From a virus, in IMG/VR virus record IMGVR_UViG_3300010157_000047, positions 26,773-90,772 of that record: a stretch of 64,000 nucleotides of DNA; one strand, written 5' to 3'. The notes beneath the pieces were generated by a model, which saw only the letters and a list, made by a program, of their open reading frames with translations, ran no database searches and had not been told where the DNA came from. Every line of letters starts with the position of its first letter. Position 1 is the first letter of the stretch. This document shows, piece after piece, positions 29,101-38,173 of this stretch. Position numbers and translations under genes: made by a program.

Positions 29101-31201
29101 TAATGCCAGACAATCCAAATATATCATGAATAGATTGATTATTTGTACCTTTAATTAATGGTATAATTGGTTTATCTAATGATGGTATTTCTTTAGTGAT
29201 AATATTATTAATTATTTTTTTATCGCTAAATGGCGTCTCATCAATAACAATAGGCTCAGTTTCCGTAGATACAGTATCTGATAAATCTGATATTTTCTTT
29301 TCGTCTATATCAGATTTAATTTCTTCTGCCTTAGCTTTTCTAGCCTCTTTAAATTTATTTTGAGTTTCATCAGATGTAGCTTGTTTATATTGATCATTGA
29401 TTGCTTCTAGAATAACATTAGCACTTGCTTTTTGTTCCTCTAAATTTTTTGTCATCTTTGTAATATTTTCCTCATTTACAGTGCCATCTGGATTTGTATT
29501 TTGAGGAAGATTTCTTATGTCTGCAATTTTTGCATCAATATCATTTATATTATTTCTTACTGCCTCCATCCCAACTATTGATGATAATATCTCTTTAGCA
29601 TTTTCTTTACCAGCAATTCCAGAATTATTTGCTAATTTAGATATAGATTCTAATGCATCAATAGCAGATTTTGCTCTTTGTTTTTCTGCATCAGATTTAT
29701 TTTTATCATCCAAAATATTTTTTAATATATCTATTTTAGCATTTGTAGATGACATATTGATAGGACCATTTTCTTCGGAGTTAACTGCATCATGAGCAAT
29801 AGATGAAGCTGCAAATTCATTAGCAAATCCATCTGGATCTTGATCTATATCAGTATTTGGATCTTCTATATAATTATTTACATCTTTAATATGTTGATAT
29901 GATGAATCAAATTTATCTATAACAGATTTCTTGCCATTAAGACCAGCTGCATCTTTTAGATCCTTAATAGCACTTTTAATTTTTGTAGTTACAGGTTCTA
30001 CTTGTGGAACTACACCATGAGTGACAATAGTGCTTCCTGCGCCACCCAATCCACCAAGCATCATTGATTCAAGACCCTGAGTTTCACCAAGTCTGCCAAT
30101 AGATCTAGTTAGATCATATTTATATTTATCTTCTTGTTCGCCTTTTAATGCAGCTTCTGTTTGTGCTATATAATTTATACCTTCTTCTAGTGCTTCTTGT
30201 CCAGTCTCTGCTAATATTGTTTTACCAAATCCACCAAATGCTTTTTCAATTGCACCTCTAGCACCAGTAAATAATCCAGCAGAAGATATATTTGAGAAAA
30301 AATTTAATCTATTAATATTCAAACTTACATCAACAGCATCAGAAGCTTTTTGCTTTGCTTCAGAATCTGAGTATCCTTGATCTAATTTCATTTTATATAC
30401 CTGATCATATGATGAAATACCTTCCATTATATTTTCAGATTGATTCATTGCAGCTGCATTTATTAATGTTGGTGCAGCATATAGTTTTTTAGATACATAA
30501 TTTTCAATAAATGCAGGAGCATCTTTTTCAGCTAATTCACCTGTATTAATTAATTTTAATGCTTTAGCTTTAGCAGATCCTTCAAGAGCTGCAATTCCAG
30601 CCTCACCAGCAATAGCTTTAGCAGCACCCGATAGTAATCCACCAGTTACCCATCCAGATAGCGCAAATGCGCCTACTGAGTTGGCTAATTGAGATATATT
30701 ATCCCATACATATCCAGAGTCTCCAAAATCAAATGATTTTCCTGCATTCTTATGATATATAGGCAATGCATTATTTATAGAATTCATTAATGAATTAGTT
30801 GTTTTTTCAATTGGATTTCCAAATTCATTATCAACATTGTAATAATCTTCAAGATCAACTGATGATGCTAAATTACCGACAGCACCAAGAACCGCATTAG
30901 GTAAAAATCTTAAAGCAGTATTTAATGCTTGCTCTCCACCAGATTGACCTTGAGCCCTAATTTGATTAATATTCGCATCAGGGCTAAGCAATGCTGGAGA
31001 AGGTATATAATTAGTATATTTACCAATATAATCTACTCCAGTATTATTAGAGTATTTTATTGGAGACGATAGAGCCGGTGCCGAAAATTGTTCATCCTGT
31101 TTAAATACTGGATTGCCAGATGCATCAGTTTCCGTTAATGATTTATTCTCTAATTGAGCTGCTCTATTTTGCTCATATAATTTAGATATTGAATCTGGCA
31201 T
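26111..31201 (-). CDS. Large virion/ejected polyvalent protein (1696 aa) with a C-terminal histidine phosphatase domain
   Basis: Gly/Ala-rich hydrophobic segments and an ETGQEALEEG motif typical of ejected proteins; RHGET...LT.LG..QA...SSLERA.T and GGESF...RV...IVTH motifs. Confidence 0.75.
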   Translation of the reverse strand: MPDSISKLYEQNRAAQLENKSLTETDASGNPVFKQDEQFSAPALSSPIKYSNNTGVDYIGKYTNYIPSPALLSPDANINQIRAQGQSGGEQALNTALRFLPNAVLGAVGNLASSVDLEDYYNVDNEFGNPIEKTTNSLMNSINNALPIYHKNAGKSFDFGDSGYVWDNISQLANSVGAFALSGWVTGGLLSGAAKAIAGEAGIAALEGSAKAKALKLINTGELAEKDAPAFIENYVSKKLYAAPTLINAAAMNQSENIMEGISSYDQVYKMKLDQGYSDSEAKQKASDAVDVSLNINRLNFFSNISSAGLFTGARGAIEKAFGGFGKTILAETGQEALEEGINYIAQTEAALKGEQEDKYKYDLTRSIGRLGETQGLESMMLGGLGGAGSTIVTHGVVPQVEPVTTKIKSAIKDLKDAAGLNGKKSVIDKFDSSYQHIKDVNNYIEDPNTDIDQDPDGFANEFAASSIAHDAVNSEENGPINMSSTNAKIDILKNILDDKNKSDAEKQRAKSAIDALESISKLANNSGIAGKENAKEILSSIVGMEAVRNNINDIDAKIADIRNLPQNTNPDGTVNEENITKMTKNLEEQKASANVILEAINDQYKQATSDETQNKFKEARKAKAEEIKSDIDEKKISDLSDTVSTETEPIVIDETPFSDKKIINNIITKEIPSLDKPIIPLIKGTNNQSIHDIFGLSGIKTEDEDGNIVERGRSQTQISDKSFKDITGDNFDYENPSIHLFKEEGAKKSDDRYFSLEPNPTGSKLNLNYIKKATSDDDALFDISQRAVRLNNSIESYREGLSSEKDFGTGKLSNIDNKFADAKSPVTLTIGNFKVDINTVQDVLDRIDNGENVDIESEYRKRGVYTASEKAQEVISNSVEEKSNARSNLNDRRSKATIIKKDIQDKTLSSGKKRINAIAVNYLALKYSFVKVGDLWVMKNKPEGVNNQFLKNSDIEFTEHADIVMEIADGPIPSIARNSSGRPIMNADGTMKTKTISAEEAAKDNKQYGDANKFEMPIAIYILSNGKKDLIGYLPEHMWLNEKDDSGSRTHIAEVEDEKTIRAKVEEIKQLREEFKKQFNKGNKTFNIQSKITAVGAGTVMATETAGMIMDNAPDLALDVAKYTGDPSRLWATIEGGEAVGIDGNQVPDSIRTELENGVPVVMVPTANGLLSPEVAIDNGVGVQNASSILNAISLFQSQNTKDILYDLGARWHDRKNAPMNESTDDGMRRIRRAGLREYLSQFVWISDHKLAQANLGYSTKNNGKFYLTWSSNGKRKIINENEKISTELANLLVSDFAGMKSNFSREHLKNDYHKSVPNSVVIINDDLSHSELAKSISDFYMKSRSINFKAAGKIGSGESEKNVYFLQPVLEFSVDDQIGSKETISPISNNITPDDNLKTFDLGDLVGTDQNQDIIDEVNDMILNHPNDAIHGGESFNTFAHRVKSSLIKAIKSAPNNSTIVTHNTAFGLIRLWDSMGRPSKFDENFRKEYIKLDSNTGASFKINSDNGILNIARHGETEDNKKNNFRSDDTKLTKLGESQAADLGKQIGATPLIITSSLERAIHTSNIILTTGSSVSRLKSKSNEKASNKKTVPTSNANKEKRQVLKASEPGETQAPTIIDEDNIIMQIPDFLAGSINTSSDSSYTEDADNDLFSDNVKSSVTDYGFSKSISIDDNIDSTEQSEGEDNLLNCIK

Positions 31202-32856
31202 TATTTATTACGTTTTGATTTATAGTAATTACTCAATAAATATTCAATATTGCTTATTGCTTGCTTATCATTTTCCGAAGAACCCTCGTGATTATATAAA
31301 ACTTTCATGGAATTAATAGATGCCTCAAGCAATCTATCTGTTGGTAATACATTTATATCTTTAGTAACTTTACCTTTTCCTCCGCTATCCAATGTTACTC
31401 TAAGAGTCATAATTGGTTTACCAGTTCCATCAACTTGTCTAATTTTACTAGATGGATCATAGGCAGACATTCCTTGTGCTGCAATGCCAACAACCTTTAC
31501 ATCATCAACAGATGATTCTTGTTTTTGAATTTTAGTTAAAATATCTTTACTATTATCATCATAAGCATTGGCAACTAGCTCTCCGTTTCGTACGGCATTT
31601 TCAGCCAAATTATGTGTTGAATTATGAGCTCTCCAATAAACATCCTTAGCATTTGATTCTCCAAGTTTCCCTATTTCATCGTCATCAAAACTAATTCTTT
31701 GAAGAGTATTAAAGAAAGGATTTTCTTTTATCATTTCTTTAAGTTGTGCTTGCTTATTATATAATCCTTCTGGATCATTTACAACTGATGAATGGATCAT
31801 GCCAGATGCTGCTGACCCAGATGATGCTGCTTGATTTTGAATTTCCTCTGGAGTATATGGCCTAGATAATGTCTTTAATTTCTCTTGCATTTTTGTGTAA
31901 TCATACTTGCCGTCTGTTAATTGCATAGTTGCTTTATTAAGCTCATTAAGCATTCCTGGATGCTTTGATGCTAAATCTAGCATATCATCACTAGGTACAA
32001 TTCCCAGTGGAACATCTTCCATCTTTAAAAAATTACCAGTTAATTTATTGCTTTCAGGTTTATTTTTATCTTTAATATATCCAGGAGGAAGATTATGTAA
32101 TTGAGTTCCCCCTACAACAGATGTCATTATACCACTCCTAATTGCATTTGCAACATCAGGATTAGATGGGTCAGTCCCAGCTGCAGATGCTGCTAATTGA
32201 GTTTGTGAATCAACCCAGCTTTTAAATTTTGGATCAGATTGATATGATGCCATTGCTTCATCTGCATTCTTAAAGCCTTTGGTAACTTCTAGCATATCAT
32301 ACTCATTAGGCTCTGCTTTTGTATTTCCAGTGGCCCATTCACTTCCAATCTTTGCGCCATGAGCAATTAATCTATCTCTATCTACAGATTGATGTGGTTC
32401 AAATGCTTTAGATTTGCTCCACTCATCATATCCAATATCTAATGGATTTCTACCAATAACAATTTTACTTGGATCTGATTTATCTTTTAAATATTGTTGA
32501 TACATCTGCTGTCTCTGTACTGCAAAATTTTCTTGAGGCTTAACTTCTTGCATAAAAATCTTTCTAAGATTTCTAGCTTTATCAATTGCTTGAGGAGTAG
32601 CACCTTCTTTTGCAATAGAGTTTAATGTTTGTTGATATTGATCATTAAACTTATCAGTAGTTGCACCCTTATCGCCAAGCATTGCTTTTAACGTAGAATT
32701 AGACTCATTCATGGCATCTAACTGCCCAGTAAGCTCTTGCTCCCTCTGATGCATTATCTGTGGAGCATAAGCCATTTCCTGCATACTCATTGGAGAGTAT
32801 GTTGCTAATGGCATTGGTGCTTCTTGTTGTCCGTTCCAATATCTATTTTGATCCAT
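31201..32856 (-). CDS. Putative capsid cargo/ejected protein (551 aa)
   Basis: NRY...YSPMSMQEMAYAP N-terminus and its position between the cargo and RNAP genes, as in crAss-like phages. Confidence 0.6.
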   Translation of the reverse strand: MDQNRYWNGQQEAPMPLATYSPMSMQEMAYAPQIMHQREQELTGQLDAMNESNSTLKAMLGDKGATTDKFNDQYQQTLNSIAKEGATPQAIDKARNLRKIFMQEVKPQENFAVQRQQMYQQYLKDKSDPSKIVIGRNPLDIGYDEWSKSKAFEPHQSVDRDRLIAHGAKIGSEWATGNTKAEPNEYDMLEVTKGFKNADEAMASYQSDPKFKSWVDSQTQLAASAAGTDPSNPDVANAIRSGIMTSVVGGTQLHNLPPGYIKDKNKPESNKLTGNFLKMEDVPLGIVPSDDMLDLASKHPGMLNELNKATMQLTDGKYDYTKMQEKLKTLSRPYTPEEIQNQAASSGSAASGMIHSSVVNDPEGLYNKQAQLKEMIKENPFFNTLQRISFDDDEIGKLGESNAKDVYWRAHNSTHNLAENAVRNGELVANAYDDNSKDILTKIQKQESSVDDVKVVGIAAQGMSAYDPSSKIRQVDGTGKPIMTLRVTLDSGGKGKVTKDINVLPTDRLLEASINSMKVLYNHEGSSENDKQAISNIEYLLSNYYKSKRNK

Positions 32857-32871
32857 GTTGTTTATTTTTCA

Positions 32872-32879
32872 CAAAAGTA
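32872..32879 (-). promoter_or_regulatory. Bacteroidota sigma-A -7 promoter element (TACTTTTG)
   Basis: Matches TAnnTTTG, intergenic, about 15 nt upstream of ATG 32856. Confidence 0.65.
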
Positions 32880-32915
32880 ACTATGATTTATTTAATAATC
32901 AATATATTAATGTAA

Positions 32916-35900
32916 TTATGCTTTATTATATTTATTTTTAGTGAATAGTCTGGCTAGAATTGATTTGGTATTTTTAGAATCTACCTCAGATTTACGAGCT
33001 GGACTATCGGTATGCATAATTTTTCTACCTTGAGAATCATATCCATATATATTTTCTAGAGTTTTACGTTGTATATTTTCTTTTCCAATTTCACCCAACC
33101 CTGTTGCAGAAGCAGCTAATCCAGACCTCATGTAACGATCTCTATCGGCACGTTGTTTTTCATTGTATTGCTGTGCTGCCATTGCTGCATCAATTCCCTT
33201 GCCTTTTTGTTCAGCATTAAATCTTTGCGCCTGATTAGCTTGCTCTACATTATATTTAGCGGCATCTGATTTAAGCATTGCATTTTTGCCATATATATCA
33301 CTAAGACCCTCAGATGCAGCTCTTCCACTAACCAATGATGCTCCAGTAAGACCTGATCTAGCTGCTGCTCCAGAACCTCCAGACATGCCGCTAAGTGCAT
33401 TGACCGCAGTTCCATATTGACTACCTAATTGCTCTCTTATTGGGGCTGTAGACAATTGTTGTGCAGCAAGAACTGATGGACTTATTGTTGGATAATTAAC
33501 ATTAGTATTCATTGGAATGCCTCGCCTAGCTGTTAATCCCAATAATGCATTGGTTGTAATTGGCATTTTTCTAAGTCTTTCATCTTGCTTGTTAGATGCA
33601 GCAATAGCAGCTAAATTTGCTGAAGAAAGATTTTCTTTAGAAGTATCTGCAGCAGTGCTTTCTGATGGTCGCGATGCATATCTATTCTTCTCAATATTAA
33701 ATCTATTAATATCAGATTGATATGCTAGATTATTTGGGCTGAGTTCTGCAGTTGATTTTATAGGTAAATTATTAGTATCATATTTTTCAGATGCCATATT
33801 TACTAATTTAGGATTAGAGATTAAATTAGATTGCTGATCTGCAATTGAATTTACATTAGATTTTTGTATATTGGATTTTTTACCATTCATTCTATCAAGA
33901 ACACTAGCTGCATATTCATTAATACTAGGCTCATCCCCCTTGCCTTGCTTTCTATTTAATGCTTCATCATTATACATATTAAATCCTTCTCCAGCATACC
34001 AAGCTTTAGCAGCATTTTCAGGACCATATTTATCGTAATATTGTTTTAATTTATATCTAGCAACTTTTTCTTGATTATCTGGTGTCATAGATGAGCCTTT
34101 AGGAAGACCTGCTTCGCTTGACCATTGATCCCAATTATTAGGCATTATTTGATATTTACCAGCAGCACCAGTTCTTTTATTGGTTTCATTATAATCTCCT
34201 CCAGATTCTTGTCCACCCATTGCAGAAACAAATGAGTTAAATTCATCTGGGCTATTGTTGGCATTAGATGAAGACATTCTGGAGCTGTAATCATTAATTC
34301 CTAGATTTGCTGAAGATACTTGTGGTAAAGAAGAAAAGTCAACATTTGATGCAGATTGATTTGTATATTTTTTGTCAGAATTTTTTAATCTTGATCCAGC
34401 TATACCAGCACCCAATAGTCCAGCACCAAGTAGTCCAGCACTAATCTTATCAGATCGCGTCAACTTATCTGGGTTAATAATAGGTTTAGGAGCTGATTCA
34501 ACACTAGCTGCATCAGCAATAGCCGTGTCCGCAGTTCCCATAGAAGTTGCATCTGGGGCTACAGAAGATGCGGTAGTTTCTGGTTGTAATAATGCCCTAT
34601 TTTTAGCAATTCGTTTTTCAGCGGCAAGATAAGATCTGCTTTTAGCAACATCTTCAGCAGCCATTGGAATGCCAGCTGCACGTTCGGCAGCAACATCAAT
34701 AGGAGATTTAACTGAACTTAATTTATCTAATAAAGTATTATATTTTGTAGCAAATGTAGCTGCCTTATTTGCAGCAATTACACTTGGGTTAGGCGCAATT
34801 TTAGGAGCAACATATTTAAGTCTTTCAGCATTACTCCATATGCCAGGAAGAAATGATTTTTCAGCATTTATACCAGGGAGCATTGCAGCCATAGCAGATC
34901 CTTCATTATCTGCAGTATTGCCAGTTACATAATCATATGCACTGCCAATCATTGGTGTAATCATTTTTGCTGCGCCCCATGGACTAGCTGAGGTAGAGCC
35001 AATTGGAGTACTTAGTACTGACTTTACAGTTGGATATGCATTCCCAAATCTATCAAGTAATTCAGAGCTACTAGGAAGAATTGCCCTGGTATTGATAACA
35101 CTTGGATCTTCAAGAGGCTTATCTCCACCAACATCGTACATTTTCCCACCATTAGCATATCCATTATTTAAATATGGATTACTATTTATTTGTTGCTTTT
35201 GTGGAAAATATTCAACTCGACCTTGATTGTATAATGTATTAGGAACCAATAATCCACCTACTGCATATTGATTTGTCTGACCATCAGGCTGATCAAATTC
35301 AATATCACCACCAAGATCATGTTTCCATTTAGCAGCATTACGTGCAAAGTTAGCCATCTGCCTAACATGTGGATCTGGGCTATGTAATGCTTCTGCAGTA
35401 GTTTTTCCAGTTCTTTCCTTATACGCTGTAAATTTACCACGATTTTCAGGTTTAATATGAATGCTGCCACCTGAACCATAATGAACATTTGAGTCTAGCT
35501 GCATGGTAGGAACACTACCGCCTAATGCATATCTATTATCAGGACCCACTTGTAATCCATCAATAGAACCACCAGTCATATATTGATTGTTGGGTGCTAC
35601 ATATCTAGCATTAATGGTACCGCCTAAATCATGATTATTAATATGATTAGATCTAGCAGAATCGATATAGCTTAATGAATCATACATTGTCTGTGGATAG
35701 TTAGCATCAATTCTGCCTCCCATTTCCATTCTACGAATTGTTTCCAATTGCTGATTGGAAACATTAGTAGGATGAACTAATCCGCCAATAGCTTTATACT
35801 CTTTTGCTTCATCGGATAAATCATTATCTATCAATCCCTTATAATATGATCCATTTGAATTAGGATGATCTTCCTTATAATCCTTAATATGATCAACAGC

Positions 35901-36263
35901 AATTGACTTAGCCAATTTAGTTTGACTAGGGAGTCTACCATTTTTATCCATATAATCTCTTATAAAGTCTAATGTAGGAGCATGTTCTTTCTCTACCTTA
36001 ATACCATTTTTTAATTCACGATTCATAGTGATTTGACCACCATTGGACATTTGGCTTTGATCAGATGGCATACCCTGACGAGCAGTTCCATTATTCATGC
36101 CTTGCATGTTTAATTGTGGAGCATTTTGCGGCTCTGGATTTTGACGTTGCTCATGTTCAAATTGCTCTCTACGGAGTGCATCAAGTTCTGCAATGGCAGC
36201 TTTTTTATTATTACCATGCTTAGCAACAATTGCCTTAGCTCTTTGTGCGAAATTAGTATTCAT
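32916..36263 (-). CDS. Cargo protein (1115 aa) with a lytic transglycosylase-like domain, a DUF5661-like segment and xxGG repeats
   Basis: QESGGDY...GAAGKYQIMP..W...NQEKVA...WYAG (SLT-like); GIKVEKEH...IAVDHI...YYKGL; IHIKPENRGKF...ANFARNAAKWKH crAss motif. Confidence 0.75.
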   Translation of the reverse strand: MNTNFAQRAKAIVAKHGNNKKAAIAELDALRREQFEHEQRQNPEPQNAPQLNMQGMNNGTARQGMPSDQSQMSNGGQITMNRELKNGIKVEKEHAPTLDFIRDYMDKNGRLPSQTKLAKSIAVDHIKDYKEDHPNSNGSYYKGLIDNDLSDEAKEYKAIGGLVHPTNVSNQQLETIRRMEMGGRIDANYPQTMYDSLSYIDSARSNHINNHDLGGTINARYVAPNNQYMTGGSIDGLQVGPDNRYALGGSVPTMQLDSNVHYGSGGSIHIKPENRGKFTAYKERTGKTTAEALHSPDPHVRQMANFARNAAKWKHDLGGDIEFDQPDGQTNQYAVGGLLVPNTLYNQGRVEYFPQKQQINSNPYLNNGYANGGKMYDVGGDKPLEDPSVINTRAILPSSSELLDRFGNAYPTVKSVLSTPIGSTSASPWGAAKMITPMIGSAYDYVTGNTADNEGSAMAAMLPGINAEKSFLPGIWSNAERLKYVAPKIAPNPSVIAANKAATFATKYNTLLDKLSSVKSPIDVAAERAAGIPMAAEDVAKSRSYLAAEKRIAKNRALLQPETTASSVAPDATSMGTADTAIADAASVESAPKPIINPDKLTRSDKISAGLLGAGLLGAGIAGSRLKNSDKKYTNQSASNVDFSSLPQVSSANLGINDYSSRMSSSNANNSPDEFNSFVSAMGGQESGGDYNETNKRTGAAGKYQIMPNNWDQWSSEAGLPKGSSMTPDNQEKVARYKLKQYYDKYGPENAAKAWYAGEGFNMYNDEALNRKQGKGDEPSINEYAASVLDRMNGKKSNIQKSNVNSIADQQSNLISNPKLVNMASEKYDTNNLPIKSTAELSPNNLAYQSDINRFNIEKNRYASRPSESTAADTSKENLSSANLAAIAASNKQDERLRKMPITTNALLGLTARRGIPMNTNVNYPTISPSVLAAQQLSTAPIREQLGSQYGTAVNALSGMSGGSGAAARSGLTGASLVSGRAASEGLSDIYGKNAMLKSDAAKYNVEQANQAQRFNAEQKGKGIDAAMAAQQYNEKQRADRDRYMRSGLAASATGLGEIGKENIQRKTLENIYGYDSQGRKIMHTDSPARKSEVDSKNTKSILARLFTKNKYNKA

Positions 36264-36265
36264 AA

Positions 36266-38173
36266 TTAAATATCTTTAAATATATAACCGCCATATTCAA
36301 ACTTACTTTTTGCTTTTGCAGTAGAAGATAATTGACTATTGCCATCTGCAAACTTCTTCATTTCTATTGCATCATCATTAGCCGATTTAAGGCGTTGTAA
36401 CGATACTTTTTGCGTGTACCTAGTAATAGGATCATTAGGCCTTTCATCTGCTAATTTAGATACTTTCTTGCTTATTTCTGAAAATGTTTTTCCAGCATAT
36501 CCATCACCTAAATTATAATCTTTAGCATTGTCTAATTTCAATCTATCAGAAAATATATAGTTGTTATATTTTGTTTCACCTTGCTCTACATAATCATTAG
36601 GACCTTGATTAATTCCACCATTAGGATTTTCCTCATGGCTGCCACCAGTATTAAAACTAGTCAATGGGGTATTTGCTTGAGCATAAGATCCACCTCCAGA
36701 ATGATTTCCAATAGGACCACCATATGCTGCACTATATATACCACCTTGATCTGGATTAGCAGTTTTGTTACCATAAATTTGCCTTCCTGCTACCATATCT
36801 TGCATTTGCTTTTCTTTTTTATCTTTTTCAGCATTAAGATATGCTAATCCGCCACCAACAACAGCACCAACTCCCATGCCTATTGGCCCTAATGCAGCAC
36901 CAGCTGCAGCACCTTCAACAGCACCTTTAGCAGCTGACATACCTGGACTATTAGGCTTGTCAGTAAGATTTAATGCAGCAGTTACAAAGGGAGCAGCTGT
37001 AGTTGCAATATTACCAGCACTAGCTCCTGCAGGATTAACAGCTTTAGTCGCATCAGAAGTAATAGGCATTTGCTTAGATTGAATAACATTACCAGATGCC
37101 ATATTTGTTAATGATGCAGGGTTAGCTCCTCTGCCAGTTGCAAGATTCATAGTCTGATCTGAATATTGTGTAGGCTGAACAGAGACATGTTGATTGGGAA
37201 CCATTGGCAATCCAGATGGATTAAACTGCTGAATTGGATCTCCAAGTGCATGCATTGTTGGCAATTCATTAGGATCTATAACTGGAGCATTAGTACCCTG
37301 GATTTCACTCCTATTATTTTTCATGAAATCCATCATAGCACCACCAGTAAAATACATTTTACCACCATGCCAATAAATATCCTTAATATTTTTATCTTGT
37401 TTCATTTTATTTAATGAATTAATTTCCCCACCATCTGCATGTTTCAATTTATTTAGCTTAATAAGAAGAGGATTCTTCTTTAAGGCATTTTGAAAGTCAT
37501 TCTCAAATGCTGGATTATTGTGCAATATTATATCATTTGCATATTGCTTTGTAAGTGGCGGCAATTCCTTTACCCATTTTTTAGCATCATATATATTAAC
37601 TCCCTTAGCTTTTTGTTTATTAAGGTAATTTAGAGTATTTCCACGGCCCATATGCCATATAACTTCTTTCAATGCGTTTAATGATTCATTACTATGTGGC
37701 TTACCTTTAACAAATGATGCATTTTCAACATCTTTGTCATGCCATCTATAAACTTTTAATGACTGATCAATATCATCTACACTTTCATATGGAGTTTTAT
37801 CTCCAGTAGCTTTTTGATAGTCACCGTATAGCCCTGCCCTAATCTGCAATGGCCCACGCGCATTTGCGGATGATATTATTGGATTACTGGCATTTTTAAA
37901 ATTTACATTTCCAGATGATTCTCTAAATGCTTTATGAGCAACTCTTTGACCAAATAAATTATCTGGGTCTAAGGTCTCATCTAATTGACTATAATCTTCA
38001 GATGGATCAATGGATCCACCTTCATCTAATCGTCCGCCATACGCCTTTAAATTAGACATAGCACCAAAGAATTTCCTTTGCTTATCAGTCAATGGATGTC
38101 CATGAACTTTTTTGTCATGAAGAATCTTTTTTGCTTTAGGTGCAGATATTGTAGGTAGATTAGCGTTGCGCAT
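36266..38173 (-). CDS. Cargo protein (635 aa) with a lysozyme-like domain and a glycine-zipper membrane segment
   Basis: RESSGN...SSANARGPLQI; GAAAGAALGPIGMGVGAVVGG; FNTGGSHEENPNGG...VEQGET...IFSDRL crAss motif. Confidence 0.7.
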   Translation of the reverse strand: MRNANLPTISAPKAKKILHDKKVHGHPLTDKQRKFFGAMSNLKAYGGRLDEGGSIDPSEDYSQLDETLDPDNLFGQRVAHKAFRESSGNVNFKNASNPIISSANARGPLQIRAGLYGDYQKATGDKTPYESVDDIDQSLKVYRWHDKDVENASFVKGKPHSNESLNALKEVIWHMGRGNTLNYLNKQKAKGVNIYDAKKWVKELPPLTKQYANDIILHNNPAFENDFQNALKKNPLLIKLNKLKHADGGEINSLNKMKQDKNIKDIYWHGGKMYFTGGAMMDFMKNNRSEIQGTNAPVIDPNELPTMHALGDPIQQFNPSGLPMVPNQHVSVQPTQYSDQTMNLATGRGANPASLTNMASGNVIQSKQMPITSDATKAVNPAGASAGNIATTAAPFVTAALNLTDKPNSPGMSAAKGAVEGAAAGAALGPIGMGVGAVVGGGLAYLNAEKDKKEKQMQDMVAGRQIYGNKTANPDQGGIYSAAYGGPIGNHSGGGSYAQANTPLTSFNTGGSHEENPNGGINQGPNDYVEQGETKYNNYIFSDRLKLDNAKDYNLGDGYAGKTFSEISKKVSKLADERPNDPITRYTQKVSLQRLKSANDDAIEMKKFADGNSQLSSTAKAKSKFEYGGYIFKDI

